DNA of 64,000 bases from Candidatus Latescibacterota bacterium (lineage in GTDB: Bacteria; Latescibacterota; UBA2968; GCA-2709665), in the NCBI GenBank assembly GCA_965226795.1, contig CBDDDZ010000003.1, positions 224,001 to 288,000 on the forward strand. The letters run 5' to 3'. Shown one piece after another: positions 50,337 through 60,108 of this stretch. The notes under the pieces are model-generated. The model made no database searches and was not told the origin of the DNA. It saw only the letters and a list, made by a program, of their open reading frames with translations. Position 1 is the stretch's first letter. Every line of letters begins with the position of its first letter. Position numbers and translations under genes: made by a program.

Positions 50337-51575
50337 TCACGAAATCTTCAGCGCGTCGTCTATCTCCGCCTGATAGGCGTCTATCTTACCGGTCTCTACC
50401 TCCGACATCCGTACCGCCCGACCCGCTACGGCGGACTCGAAAATCCCATACACCGCGGCCACGTCCTTCATCCCTTCCATGCCGTCCACCTCCACTTCCT
50501 TTCCCTCCGCAATGGCTTCGCCCAACTCGTAGTACTCCATGGCAAGAAGCTTCAAATCGACCTCGCGGTCCGCCGACGTGACTCCGGTAGGGAAAAAATA
50601 GGCCGTCAGCGCATCCGGCTCGAAGCCCTCCGCGCCTGCCAGCATTTCCTCCTGTTCCTGGAATTCGCCACGCCCGCGACGCATACGCACCCGTCCGCCG
50701 CGTGTGCCAAAACCCTCAACGCACCCCTCCGTGCCGAGAATCAACTGGGTACCGCATCCCCCGTATCCGCCCAAACCAACCACCCAGCTCACCGTGGCGC
50801 CATTGGCCATGCGATACATCGCCACGGACGAATCCTCGGCGTCGGCCGGAACGGCATGCACCATGTCTTCGAATTGTTTCCGGTAGAATTCATAGGGCAT
50901 CCACGTCGTGTCGGCCTTTCGCCGCACCGGCTCCACCAGCCGCACATCCCCGTACACTTCGTGGATATCCCCCATTTGATAGCGGATCAGGTCGGTATAG
51001 TGTACCCCCATATCCACCAGCGGCCCACCGCGATTCTTGAGGTGGCGCCAGGGGGTAATGAAAATCCGGTCCCCCTCGCTTACCTGATGGAACAGACCCA
51101 TGTACGGGACGCCTATCGCTCCGCTCGCCACCATATGGTTCGCCAGTCGCGCCGAAGGATCCCGCCGGTAATTCTCCGCCACGGACAACACGCGTCGATT
51201 CCGTTCCGCCGCCTGAATCATCATCAGACAGGCACGAACGGTAATTGCCATTGGCTTTTCCACCATCACATGCAGCCCGAGATCCAGCGCCCGACAGGCC
51301 ACCTCGTGATGGACCGAAGGATCGGTCACCACGTCCACGGCATCCAGTTCCGGCATCGCGGCGGCCATTGCCTCCAAATCGGCAAAAACCGCCGGCTCCA
51401 CCCCCAGAAGTTTTCTGGCCTCAGCGGCCGCCATCCCGGCATTGTCCGGATTGATGTCGCACAACGCCCGCAAATCGATCCTGTTAAACGGCGTCTGCGC
51501 GAGCGTCCGCAGACCATAGAGGTGCCGCGTTCCCATGCCGCCGCATCCCACCAGTCCCAGGTTGATCCGCTCCAT
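50337..51575 (-). CDS. Gfo/Idh/MocA oxidoreductase
   Basis: GCGGMG, MVEKP, AENYRR, DMGVH. Confidence 0.9.
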   Translation of the reverse strand: MERINLGLVGCGGMGTRHLYGLRTLAQTPFNRIDLRALCDINPDNAGMAAAEARKLLGVEPAVFADLEAMAAAMPELDAVDVVTDPSVHHEVACRALDLGLHVMVEKPMAITVRACLMMIQAAERNRRVLSVAENYRRDPSARLANHMVASGAIGVPYMGLFHQVSEGDRIFITPWRHLKNRGGPLVDMGVHYTDLIRYQMGDIHEVYGDVRLVEPVRRKADTTWMPYEFYRKQFEDMVHAVPADAEDSSVAMYRMANGATVSWVVGLGGYGGCGTQLILGTEGCVEGFGTRGGRVRMRRGRGEFQEQEEMLAGAEGFEPDALTAYFFPTGVTSADREVDLKLLAMEYYELGEAIAEGKEVEVDGMEGMKDVAAVYGIFESAVAGRAVRMSEVETGKIDAYQAEIDDALKIS

Positions 51576-51785
51576 ATCGGTCTCTTTTCTCAAAACTCCC
51601 GCCGCACCTGTCTTAACGCCCCTTGACACAAGAGCGATGTTCGCTATCTTCGTTCCGCCGGGTGGCGGGCTGAAAACAGCGAACAGCCGTCAAAAAAACA
51701 GCTATCAGCTGTCAGTTTACAGCATTCAGCTAAAACCGTTTGGCGTTTCGGCCTGGTGATATCAATTCGCGTATGTCCGGATTTT

Positions 51786-51813
51786 GTAGGGGCGACCGGC
51801 CGGTCGCCCCTAC
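51786..51813. repeat. Perfect 28-bp GTAG REP palindrome
   Basis: GTAGGGGCGACCGGCCGGTCGCCCCTAC; second inverted REP at 51909-51932. Confidence 0.8.
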
Positions 51814-52028
51814 GTATACCGTGCGTCCGACGAGGAACAGCGGTCAACTGACGCCGGTCATCCATACGGCCCAGCGTTGTCAATTGCCGTTGTCTACTCC
51901 AAGATGTGGACAACCACAAGGGTTGCCCCTACAAATGCCAAGGCGACGCGAACTGGTTTGTGGCTTCATACGTCCTCCCGCCCGCCCCGCTGTGGGGATG
52001 GGGCTTTTTCGCTCTATCCGGCGATTTG

Positions 52029-52302
52029 CCTCTCGCGTGTCCGGTGGTGGTGCGGGGGGTTTTTCCGCGTTGATCCGTCCAACCGTGTCGCCTCGTGTAT
52101 GCTCAGGCGGTCTCAGGGCAATGTCTCACGATTTCTCCACTAAGGAGATTCGCGGAAAAACCGGCCCCGTGCCGAACGGCGCCGTTCTTTTTGGTCCTTT
52201 TTCTTGGGCGTACAAGAAAAAGGACGTAAATAATAGAAAAATAAACAATTTACGAGAAATACATGGTCGAAGTCATAGCAAAACCCATCGTTCGCCTTTA
52301 TC
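52029..52302 (+). repeat. Structured dispersed element, subfamily B copy 6
   Basis: GGTTTTTCCGCG/CGCGGAAAAACC; CCGTCCAAC-N30-CAGGGC; terminal hairpin and A-rich tail. Confidence 0.85.
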
Positions 52303-52339
52303 CGCTTTTTTCCGTGCCTCCAGCTGGAGCTACGCTCCC

Positions 52340-53191
52340 ATGATCCCCCTCGGATTCAGCACCTACGCCACCCAGAGCGTCGACGTGTTCGACGCTCTGC
52401 CCAAAATCCGCGCCATCGGCTACGACGCCGTCGAAATCGCCATCGGCGACGCGTGGCGCACCGCGCCTCATAAGCTCGACCGGAACGCACGGCGCAGACT
52501 TGCAGGTACCCTGCGAGATCTCGGTTTCCCGCCACCGGCACTCTTCGGCCCCGTTTCCACGTGCGCACGAGGCAGCGACCGCCCGACGATGCTAGCCCGC
52601 TTCATCCAGAATTGCATCCTCGCTCGCGACCTCAACTATGGGGACGACCCCGGCATCATCACAACAACGTTGGGCGGCCCCCTTTCAAACTGGGATACGG
52701 AAAAGGAATCCGCAGCCGCCGACCTGATGGAACTGGCGGATCTCGCAGTAGCGCATCGCGTCATTCTGGCGGTGGAACCGCACGTTGGCGCTATCCTGGA
52801 TAAGCCCGAAAAAGCGGCATGGCTTATGGAACACACCCGTCATCCCAACCTCAAAATCCACTTCGACCACAGCCACTTTCATGTTCAGGGCATCGACCTC
52901 CAGCGCGCCGCCGATCTCTGCCTTCCCCACACCGTTCATATACACATCAAAGACGGGTACATGGAAGATGGCGCCGTGACCTTCCTGTTGCCCGGCGAAG
53001 GCAGCCTTGACCTCGTGGCATACTTCCAGACCCTGCTCATGGCGGGCGCCACTGTACCAGTAAACGCTGAAGTCAGCGCGATGATCTGGGGTCGGCCTGA
53101 GTACGACCCTTGGCACGCCGCGGAATTCTGCTACCGTGCGCTTGCCTCCGCCCGCCGGCAGGCCATCGCGTCGACGTCGGGGCCCGATTAA
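52340..53191 (+). CDS. Sugar phosphate isomerase/epimerase (xylose isomerase-like TIM barrel)
   Basis: GYDAVEI, LAVEPH, FDHSH, HIHIKD, PGEG. Confidence 0.88.
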   Translation: MIPLGFSTYATQSVDVFDALPKIRAIGYDAVEIAIGDAWRTAPHKLDRNARRRLAGTLRDLGFPPPALFGPVSTCARGSDRPTMLARFIQNCILARDLNYGDDPGIITTTLGGPLSNWDTEKESAAADLMELADLAVAHRVILAVEPHVGAILDKPEKAAWLMEHTRHPNLKIHFDHSHFHVQGIDLQRAADLCLPHTVHIHIKDGYMEDGAVTFLLPGEGSLDLVAYFQTLLMAGATVPVNAEVSAMIWGRPEYDPWHAAEFCYRALASARRQAIASTSGPD

Positions 53192-53231
53192 GAGTTGAAG
53201 AAGCAACCCGTATTCCGTGGAGCACACGCGG

Positions 53232-55463
53232 TTAGAACGTCATCTTCCGTACCGTCCCGATCCGATATGAGGGGTGTCTCTCCATTTCCAGGGCCGCGTG
53301 ACAGTAGAACGGGTACACACTCCACTCCACACATCCCAGCAGATCGGGCTTTCCGTCGCCGTTGAAATCACCCGGCCACGCGTTCGGACCGTGAACCGTA
53401 AACGCGATCTCCTCGCCGTAACACCTGAACTCTCTCGGCAGGTCGAACACCGGGGCATCCACCGAACCCACGTTGCGCAGCAAATAGATCTTACCCGTTC
53501 CCGCAAGATTGTATACCAGGTCGATCAATCCGTCCCCGTCCCAATCCACGGCGCGGAACGACTCGGTCCAGTGCTTTGTCCGGCCCACAATGGAGTCGTC
53601 GATCTCCCGCCCGTCCACCAGCCGCACGTGGTCGCCCCGTTTGAGTCTGCGGCGGCTCTCTCCATCCCGATACTGAAGGAACAGCGTTGCTTTTCGGGTA
53701 TGATCGTGTGCGATAAAATCCATCACCCCGTCGCCGTTCCAGTCCGCAAACGCCGCGCCGGTCCGCCAGAAAAACGGCGAACGCGCATCGAAAGGATAGG
53801 GACTGTTGGGCCGGGTCTCGTCGGAGGCCGCCCTGCCCGTTTCCGCCCGCAGATCGTCGGAATCCGGGAAGCCATCCACTTCAAGGAATCTGCGGGTTCC
53901 AAACCTCGGTTCTTCGAACGTACCGATATTTCGATACCAGACAATCCGGTTCGTTTCGTTCGGGAGCATCAGATCCGGCAGACCGTCCCCGTCCCAATCC
54001 ACAAATACGGGATAAGGGTACCCCATATTGTGCCAGTGTTTACTGTGCAGTATCTCATCGCGCAATATCCGGATCGGCTTACCTTCGGAACAAATCAACT
54101 CCGGCTCTGTCCAGACCGGTCGCTCATTGCTGCCGGAATTGATGACCACGCGCGGCCATCCGTAACCCCCGCCGATTACGAGATCGGAGACCCCGTCGCC
54201 ATTCCAGTCGCACAAACACGGCCAGGACTGATCGCTGAATGACATCACCGCCGAAACCGACCGCGCCATTCCCCGGCATTCGAAACGTGGCTGGCCGCCC
54301 CGCGTTCCGGCGAATTCGTAGAAAGTGAGATTCTGATACATATTGTGCTGCACCAGAATCCCTTTCCGATTGCCGTCAGTTACCGCGCTGAGCCGGCTGC
54401 AGAAATCCGGCTCCAGTTCTCCCAGCTTCTGCTGTGGTCCGAACCGGGGCGGATCCCCTCCCAGATTCCTCCGCCACGTCAGAGGATGGTCATACCCGCC
54501 AACCGGCATCGCCATAACGTCCGGTAGTCCATCGCCGTCCAGATCCACGAAAGAGAGTTGTTTCCCAACCCCGAGATCGACCGCATCGGCTGCCCTGAAC
54601 GGCCAGCCGTCCGGGTTCAGATTCCGGATATAGTGTCCGTTGACCACCAGATCCGGAGCGCCATTCCCGCTCAGATCCGCAATGTGGATCCCGGCGTTTT
54701 GAGCAACCGGCGCCGAAATTTCAATGTCCTTCACGAAGACGGGCAACCCGCCCCCGTCGCGTTCCCCTGAATTAAGGTAGACCGTCACCCCTTTATCGAG
54801 CATCCCCGCGTACACGATATCGGGAAGCCCGTCGCCGTTCAGATCAGCGAAGTCCGCTTCGGCGTACACATCCGGGAAATGCTTGAGCTCGCGTGATCCT
54901 CGTTCATCCACGTACCTCAGCCGGGCAAGATCTCCAAACGTAAAGTCCTCTTCCGGTCCCACACGAGGGTAAAACACAATCCCGCTGATGGGTGACCCCG
55001 GTCGATAATAATAATTCCAGCACCCCGCCAGATCGGCGCGGCCGTCGCCGGTCATATCAATAAGACGCATCGAATGCGAGATCGCGAATGGACGCGGGAC
55101 CCCTGCGTTGTACCGCAGGAGGTCTCCGACGCCGATCATGGGCGTGTACTCCTGCGGCTGCAATGGCGGCCTGTAGGGCACGGTGCGAAATCGGATCTCA
55201 TACGCCGTATGGGTAGGATCTTCAACCACCCACTCGATTTTTCCCCGGTCGCCGTAGGCGAAATCCTCGGTCCGGGCGAACGCGATGGCCTCACCCGCGA
55301 CCACGTCCACGACTTCAATGGAATTCGGATCGAACACGCCCGAGGCCTCAATCTGCCGGGCCATGCGACCGAAATCTATGTCCACCGACATCGGAATGCG
55401 CCCGAGATCCCCGGGAAGCGCTGACGTCACCACCAGCCTGAATCCGTATCGCCCGCCATCCAT
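53232..55463 (-). CDS. FG-GAP/VCBS repeat protein
   Basis: About eight D(W/L)(N/D)GDGxxDL Ca-binding repeats. Confidence 0.88.
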   Translation of the reverse strand: MDGGRYGFRLVVTSALPGDLGRIPMSVDIDFGRMARQIEASGVFDPNSIEVVDVVAGEAIAFARTEDFAYGDRGKIEWVVEDPTHTAYEIRFRTVPYRPPLQPQEYTPMIGVGDLLRYNAGVPRPFAISHSMRLIDMTGDGRADLAGCWNYYYRPGSPISGIVFYPRVGPEEDFTFGDLARLRYVDERGSRELKHFPDVYAEADFADLNGDGLPDIVYAGMLDKGVTVYLNSGERDGGGLPVFVKDIEISAPVAQNAGIHIADLSGNGAPDLVVNGHYIRNLNPDGWPFRAADAVDLGVGKQLSFVDLDGDGLPDVMAMPVGGYDHPLTWRRNLGGDPPRFGPQQKLGELEPDFCSRLSAVTDGNRKGILVQHNMYQNLTFYEFAGTRGGQPRFECRGMARSVSAVMSFSDQSWPCLCDWNGDGVSDLVIGGGYGWPRVVINSGSNERPVWTEPELICSEGKPIRILRDEILHSKHWHNMGYPYPVFVDWDGDGLPDLMLPNETNRIVWYRNIGTFEEPRFGTRRFLEVDGFPDSDDLRAETGRAASDETRPNSPYPFDARSPFFWRTGAAFADWNGDGVMDFIAHDHTRKATLFLQYRDGESRRRLKRGDHVRLVDGREIDDSIVGRTKHWTESFRAVDWDGDGLIDLVYNLAGTGKIYLLRNVGSVDAPVFDLPREFRCYGEEIAFTVHGPNAWPGDFNGDGKPDLLGCVEWSVYPFYCHAALEMERHPSYRIGTVRKMTF

Positions 55464-55467
55464 GCCG

Positions 55468-56007
55468 TCACTCTGTCTTCAATCGATCATGAAACGCGTC
55501 CCTGAACCACTGCATCTTCGGGTCGATCACGAATATGCAGTACGGTTGGGCACGATTCGAGCGATAGTAATTCTGGTGATAATCCTCAGCGCTGTAAAAT
55601 TCGGTTAGAGGCGAGACCTCCGTCACGATCGGATCCGTCCATAGCTCCGAGGCATCCGTCTCCGCCAGGGACTGTTCCGCTTCCGCCCTCTGTTGTTCGT
55701 CGTGATAAAAAATCACAGACCGGTACTGTGTGCCCACGTCCGCGTCCTGACGGTTCAGCGTTGTCGGATCGTGAGTGCGCCAGAACACGGCAAGCAGGTC
55801 CCGATAGGAAACCGTCTCCGGATCGAATCGAATCTGCACGACCTCGGCATGCCCCGTGGTTCCGTCGCACACCGCCCGATAGGTCGGGTTCGGAACCGAG
55901 CCGCCCGCATATCCCGAAACCACTTCCAGTACCCCTTTCAGGTCCTGATAAAACGCCTCCACGCACCAGAAGCATCCCCCACCGAACGTCGCGCGTTCTT
56001 CAGCCAT
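55468..56007 (-). CDS. msrA: Peptide-methionine (S)-S-oxide reductase
   Basis: GGGCFWC, SGYAGG, GHAEVV, GTQYRS, AEDYHQ. Confidence 0.96.
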   Translation of the reverse strand: MAEERATFGGGCFWCVEAFYQDLKGVLEVVSGYAGGSVPNPTYRAVCDGTTGHAEVVQIRFDPETVSYRDLLAVFWRTHDPTTLNRQDADVGTQYRSVIFYHDEQQRAEAEQSLAETDASELWTDPIVTEVSPLTEFYSAEDYHQNYYRSNRAQPYCIFVIDPKMQWFRDAFHDRLKTE

Positions 56008-56026
56008 AATCATCTCCTCACTGATA

Positions 56027-56290
56027 CTACTTTCTCGACATCCCCCTGGTATACACCTTGCCCTGGATGATCTTGTGCGCCGGTCGCCCGCCCATCATCC
56101 GTTCCCGCGCAAATGCCTGCCCGCAATCCGGACACTTCAGATCTCCGCGGGTGCAGTCCTCCACAATCCGTTCCACGAAGCACTTGACCAGGCCGCCCCT
56201 GCCGCCTTTCTGGTACTTGTAGAGCAACGTCCGGCACTTGGCGCAATGGATGGAAATGGTCCGTCGATCAACCCGCTCTCTGGCCGCCAT
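56027..56290 (-). CDS. Small basic zinc-ribbon protein
   Basis: CAKC...KC...CPDC, 87 aa, tightly spaced between neighbours. Confidence 0.7.
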   Translation of the reverse strand: MAARERVDRRTISIHCAKCRTLLYKYQKGGRGGLVKCFVERIVEDCTRGDLKCPDCGQAFARERMMGGRPAHKIIQGKVYTRGMSRK

Positions 56291-56294
56291 AGCG

Positions 56295-57281
56295 CTACTC
56301 CGGCCGCAGTTCCCCCAGCAACGGTTCGCCAGGTGAAATGAACTCCACCGTCGGGTTTTCGATTCGCCCGTATGCGTTCCACACCTTGAACCCGAGCAGC
56401 GCCAGCAACTCGGGGGAGGCATCCTTCAGTACCTCGGGCGAGGTTCCAACGGTGAAATTCTCCTGTGGCCGGAACTGTGGACCGCAGAAGGTCGTCAACA
56501 GCGCAAGCCGTTGGCTGCCGGTCACGTTGGCACCCGTACCATGCCAGATTCGCGCATCGATAATCAGGGCCGTGCCCGCCGGACCCTCCGCGGCAACCGC
56601 CTCCACGTCGGAAGCCTTGTCTGGCTGCCGACCGAACAAATGGCTGCCCGGAACGACGCGCGTTCCCCCGTTCCCCGCCGTGAAATCCACCAGCATCCAC
56701 AACACGTTCACCGCTGCCGCCGGTGCGATCATCTCCGGCGCTTTATCCCCGTCCCCGTCAAACCGCTCCCGTGTAATCGAGCCAACGGGCAACGGCTTCC
56801 GGTCCGGTCTGGTGGGCGCGGGCATCCACCACTGGTCGGTATGCAGATCCATCTCCACGCCGCCGGGCCTGGCGATATTCGCCGTAAAGCTCGAAAGCAG
56901 GTACTCCTCGCCCAGAACGTGGCTAACCACCTCTCGCACCCGCTCCTGAAACAACACCTGGTGAAAAACCCGTCCCTTGTTAATCAACATCCATAGACGC
57001 TGGTTGACGCCCCCGTGCGCCGCCGTGAACGCGTCCGGCCGCACCTGCCCCTTTTCGTCACGGAATGCACCCCAGTTCTGGCCCGGACCCCCGTCTTCAT
57101 ATGCGGCGCCCTGTTGCTTCTCCGCTTCAGCCTGCTCCAACAGCCGTCTGCGCATGGCCGCCACCTGATCCTGGCTCAACGCGTCCTTCAGTAAACCGTA
57201 TCCGGACCGCTCGATATTTGACTTCGCCACCGCCAGGTCGTCGGTAAGTCCCGGCAACCGATCGCCTTCCGAAACGGCCAT
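56295..57281 (-). CDS. Phytanoyl-CoA dioxygenase (PhyH) family Fe(II)/2OG enzyme
   Basis: LHTDQ, NGGTRVVPGSH, IWHG. Confidence 0.9.
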   Translation of the reverse strand: MAVSEGDRLPGLTDDLAVAKSNIERSGYGLLKDALSQDQVAAMRRRLLEQAEAEKQQGAAYEDGGPGQNWGAFRDEKGQVRPDAFTAAHGGVNQRLWMLINKGRVFHQVLFQERVREVVSHVLGEEYLLSSFTANIARPGGVEMDLHTDQWWMPAPTRPDRKPLPVGSITRERFDGDGDKAPEMIAPAAAVNVLWMLVDFTAGNGGTRVVPGSHLFGRQPDKASDVEAVAAEGPAGTALIIDARIWHGTGANVTGSQRLALLTTFCGPQFRPQENFTVGTSPEVLKDASPELLALLGFKVWNAYGRIENPTVEFISPGEPLLGELRPE

Positions 57282-57522
57282 AGAGACACCTCCATCTTAC
57301 GTCGATATCACCGTCGGCCATCTGAAACTGCACCCTCTATGCTACACCGGTACCCCGGGCAAGTCAACCCCTTCCGCTACGGCCCGTACTTTACCGGGGG
57401 CTACAAACAAACCTTGAAATCCGGCCATTTTATTCTGTATTTTGAGTCCATCGAAGCCGGATACAAAACCCGTAATCAGGCCTTTTCCGTATCAGCGCCG
57501 GCCACCCCGAAACGAGGATTGT

Positions 57523-58947
57523 ATGGTACCGCAGCACCTCCAGGCATCGCTCGACAGGCAGATTGCCGAATACATGGACAAACACCCGCGATCCCAGGCG
57601 ATGTTCAAACGGGCCCAGGCATCGCTTCCCGGCGGAAACACGCGCACCGGCGTCCACTTCGATCCGTTCCCGGTCTACGCCGACCGCGGCGAAGGCGTCC
57701 ATCTCATCGATCTGGACGGCCACCGCCTTCTCGATTTCGTGAACAACAATACCGCCCTCATCCTGGGCCACGCCCACCCCGAAGTCGTCGCCGCGCTCAG
57801 GGAACGGATAGCCCTCGGCACCGGCTTCTCACGACCACTGGCCCTCGAAGTCGAAATGGCTGAATTCCTGAAGAACCGCGTCGGCTCCTTTGAAAAGGTA
57901 CGCTTCTGCAGCTCCGGCACCGAAGCCATCCTCAATGCCATCCGCGCGGCCCGCGCCTTCACCGGCAAAACCAGAATCGCCAAATTCGAAGGGGCGTACC
58001 ACGGGATGGATGAATACGTGATGGTAAGCCACGTCCCTCCGGTCGACGGAAATCTGGGACCGGCCACCCGGCCCTGCTCAGTGCCTTCCTCACGCGGCCT
58101 TACCCCTCAGGCCGTCGAGAATGTCATCGTCCTCCCGTTTAACGATGCCGACGCCTGCGATACGATCATCAACGAACACGGGGACGATCTGGCCGCGGTG
58201 GTGGTCGATCCGCTTTCAACGGCAGCCGGCTTTACCCTTCCGGTCGACGGTTTTCTTGCGCGTCTCCGCGAAATCACGGAACGCGCCGGCGTATTGCTCA
58301 TATTCGACGAAATCGTCAGCTTTCGCATCTCCCACGGCGGCGCCCAGGATACGTATGGCGTACGCCCCGACCTCACGTGCCTGGGTAAAGTCGTGGCGGG
58401 CGGCACCCCCGGCGCCGTGGTGGGCGGTCGCTCCGACATCCTGGATCTCTACAACCCCACCGGAGGGACCCCGCGAATTCCTCATTCCGGCACGTTTAAC
58501 GCCAACCCCATCGCCATCGTCGCGGGCCTCACGACCCTTCGCATGCTCACGCCGGAAGCCTATGGAAGGCTGGATTCTCTGACGCGGCGCCTTGCCGACC
58601 GGCTCGGATGCGTTTTCCAGGATGCCGGCCTCGAGGCACAGGTCACAACGGCGGGCTCCCTGTTCCGGATCCACTTCCTCACCGAGAAGCCCCGAAACTA
58701 CCGCCAGGCTGCCCGCGACAACCAGACTCTGCACCGCTGGCTGTTCTTCGCCCTGCTCAACCGCGGTATATACTGGAAACTCGGCGGCAATGTCTCATTG
58801 CCAATGGAAACGTCTCACGTCGATCAACTCGTCTCGGCCGTAGACGACGCGCTACGGGCGCGGAAGCAAAAAACCCGATCCAGTGATTCATGTCTCAATG
58901 AAGCACATATTCCGTTCGGCCATCAGACAGGAGTCTTCCGTGAATAG
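57523..58947 (+). CDS. Class III aminotransferase (glutamate-1-semialdehyde aminomutase-like)
   Basis: LGHAHP, SGTEA, FEGAYHG, LIFDEI, PDLTCLGK, HSGTFN. Confidence 0.9.
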   Translation: MVPQHLQASLDRQIAEYMDKHPRSQAMFKRAQASLPGGNTRTGVHFDPFPVYADRGEGVHLIDLDGHRLLDFVNNNTALILGHAHPEVVAALRERIALGTGFSRPLALEVEMAEFLKNRVGSFEKVRFCSSGTEAILNAIRAARAFTGKTRIAKFEGAYHGMDEYVMVSHVPPVDGNLGPATRPCSVPSSRGLTPQAVENVIVLPFNDADACDTIINEHGDDLAAVVVDPLSTAAGFTLPVDGFLARLREITERAGVLLIFDEIVSFRISHGGAQDTYGVRPDLTCLGKVVAGGTPGAVVGGRSDILDLYNPTGGTPRIPHSGTFNANPIAIVAGLTTLRMLTPEAYGRLDSLTRRLADRLGCVFQDAGLEAQVTTAGSLFRIHFLTEKPRNYRQAARDNQTLHRWLFFALLNRGIYWKLGGNVSLPMETSHVDQLVSAVDDALRARKQKTRSSDSCLNEAHIPFGHQTGVFRE

Positions 58948-59899
58948 CAAGACTGTTATCGTAGATGAGTTTTTGCTTAAAGGGCTCATTGGTATGAGCC
59001 GGGCAATCAGTAAGAATCGTATGTGCGGCCATCCAGCCGCTGCGATGCTGGCTGGATATTTTTTTTGTCTTGAGAATGCCCTATCAACTGAGGTTCAAGC
59101 CGAAGTCTATGATCTCGTGAAACGCATGGTCAACTCAGAGTCAATCTGGTTCAGCGGGGATGGGCAATCTTCAACCAATGAGATTTTTTTTTCGACCGAA
59201 CCAGACCAGAGACCAAACGCGGATCTAATACCATCTGTTGCCGCTGCACTTGAGCCAAGTATCACCGAATGTCGGGATTCAGGACACAATACTATCTTCG
59301 CGTCCTTAGCTCTAAAGGCACTACATGCTGCACCACAGTATGCATTTCCTGCGATTATAGAAGGCATCAATGACTTGCTCAAGGCTTTTGTGGGTCGTGG
59401 GCCGGGATGGGCAAATGTACCAGGCAACGAGAAATTGGCAGACCCCCGTGAGTTCTCGGTAGCTCAAGAGCCGGTCAATCAACCCTATGAGAGCTATGTC
59501 GACATGATCGATGCAGTATCCCGCTATGTCGTACCGGACAACTTCACCAAAAGAGGCGTTGGCGGACCGATCCATGTCATAAATCATGCCGGAGCTCTAT
59601 TGGATCTGCGGGCATTGGGGTATTCTTCATTGGCGACTAAAGGGCTGGCAGCTCATCGGCAACACATTGAGTTGTGGTTGAGCCTTCCGAAATTCCCGCA
59701 AGCTGAAAACAGATACTCCGTGAAATCGCAGCACGATCCTCGCACATCGGACTACTGGCGTGAGGAAATAACCATAAACGATGGCGGTGGCGATGAACAT
59801 CGGTTGAAGATTCTCTATGGCGCTCATCGTTTTTCAGATTGCATTACAGACGTAAACAAACGTCGTCGTTTTCTTGAAAGTGCGGCACACCTGTTTTAA
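58940..59899 (+). CDS. Hypothetical protein, AT-richer codon usage, with GH motifs (MCGH, SGHNTIFASLALKAL, HVINHA)
   Basis: CAGGAG RBS, GTG 58940; long ORF. Confidence 0.65.
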   Translation: MNSKTVIVDEFLLKGLIGMSRAISKNRMCGHPAAAMLAGYFFCLENALSTEVQAEVYDLVKRMVNSESIWFSGDGQSSTNEIFFSTEPDQRPNADLIPSVAAALEPSITECRDSGHNTIFASLALKALHAAPQYAFPAIIEGINDLLKAFVGRGPGWANVPGNEKLADPREFSVAQEPVNQPYESYVDMIDAVSRYVVPDNFTKRGVGGPIHVINHAGALLDLRALGYSSLATKGLAAHRQHIELWLSLPKFPQAENRYSVKSQHDPRTSDYWREEITINDGGGDEHRLKILYGAHRFSDCITDVNKRRRFLESAAHLF

Positions 59900-60108
59900 A
59901 AATGTGCCTGACGACAAATGCATGAACTCTGACCATCAAAATTGGAATGGCTGATAACCGAAACAGCCTTTTCGAAGAGATTTCAAGCGTGGAGTGATAG
60001 GCTTGTGTTAACGTCAAAAGCAACTGCTTATGAGCGTCGGATTCGCGACAGGCGCTAAGATGTGAAGGAGAGATCGTCCAAACGAAAACTGAACAGGCGA
60101 GGTGACTT

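Noticed and set aside
4833..52302. A/B elements as CRISPR or other tandem guide arrays
   Set aside because: Copies are dispersed singly; no tandem repeat-spacer array and no cas genes in the window.
51740..52339. 200-aa N-terminal extension of the epimerase ORF
   Set aside because: It runs through REPs and B6; the enzyme domain starts at ATG 52340.
57523..58947. Symbol hemL
   Set aside because: Family is clear, but orthology to the heme-pathway enzyme cannot be shown and no hem context is present.
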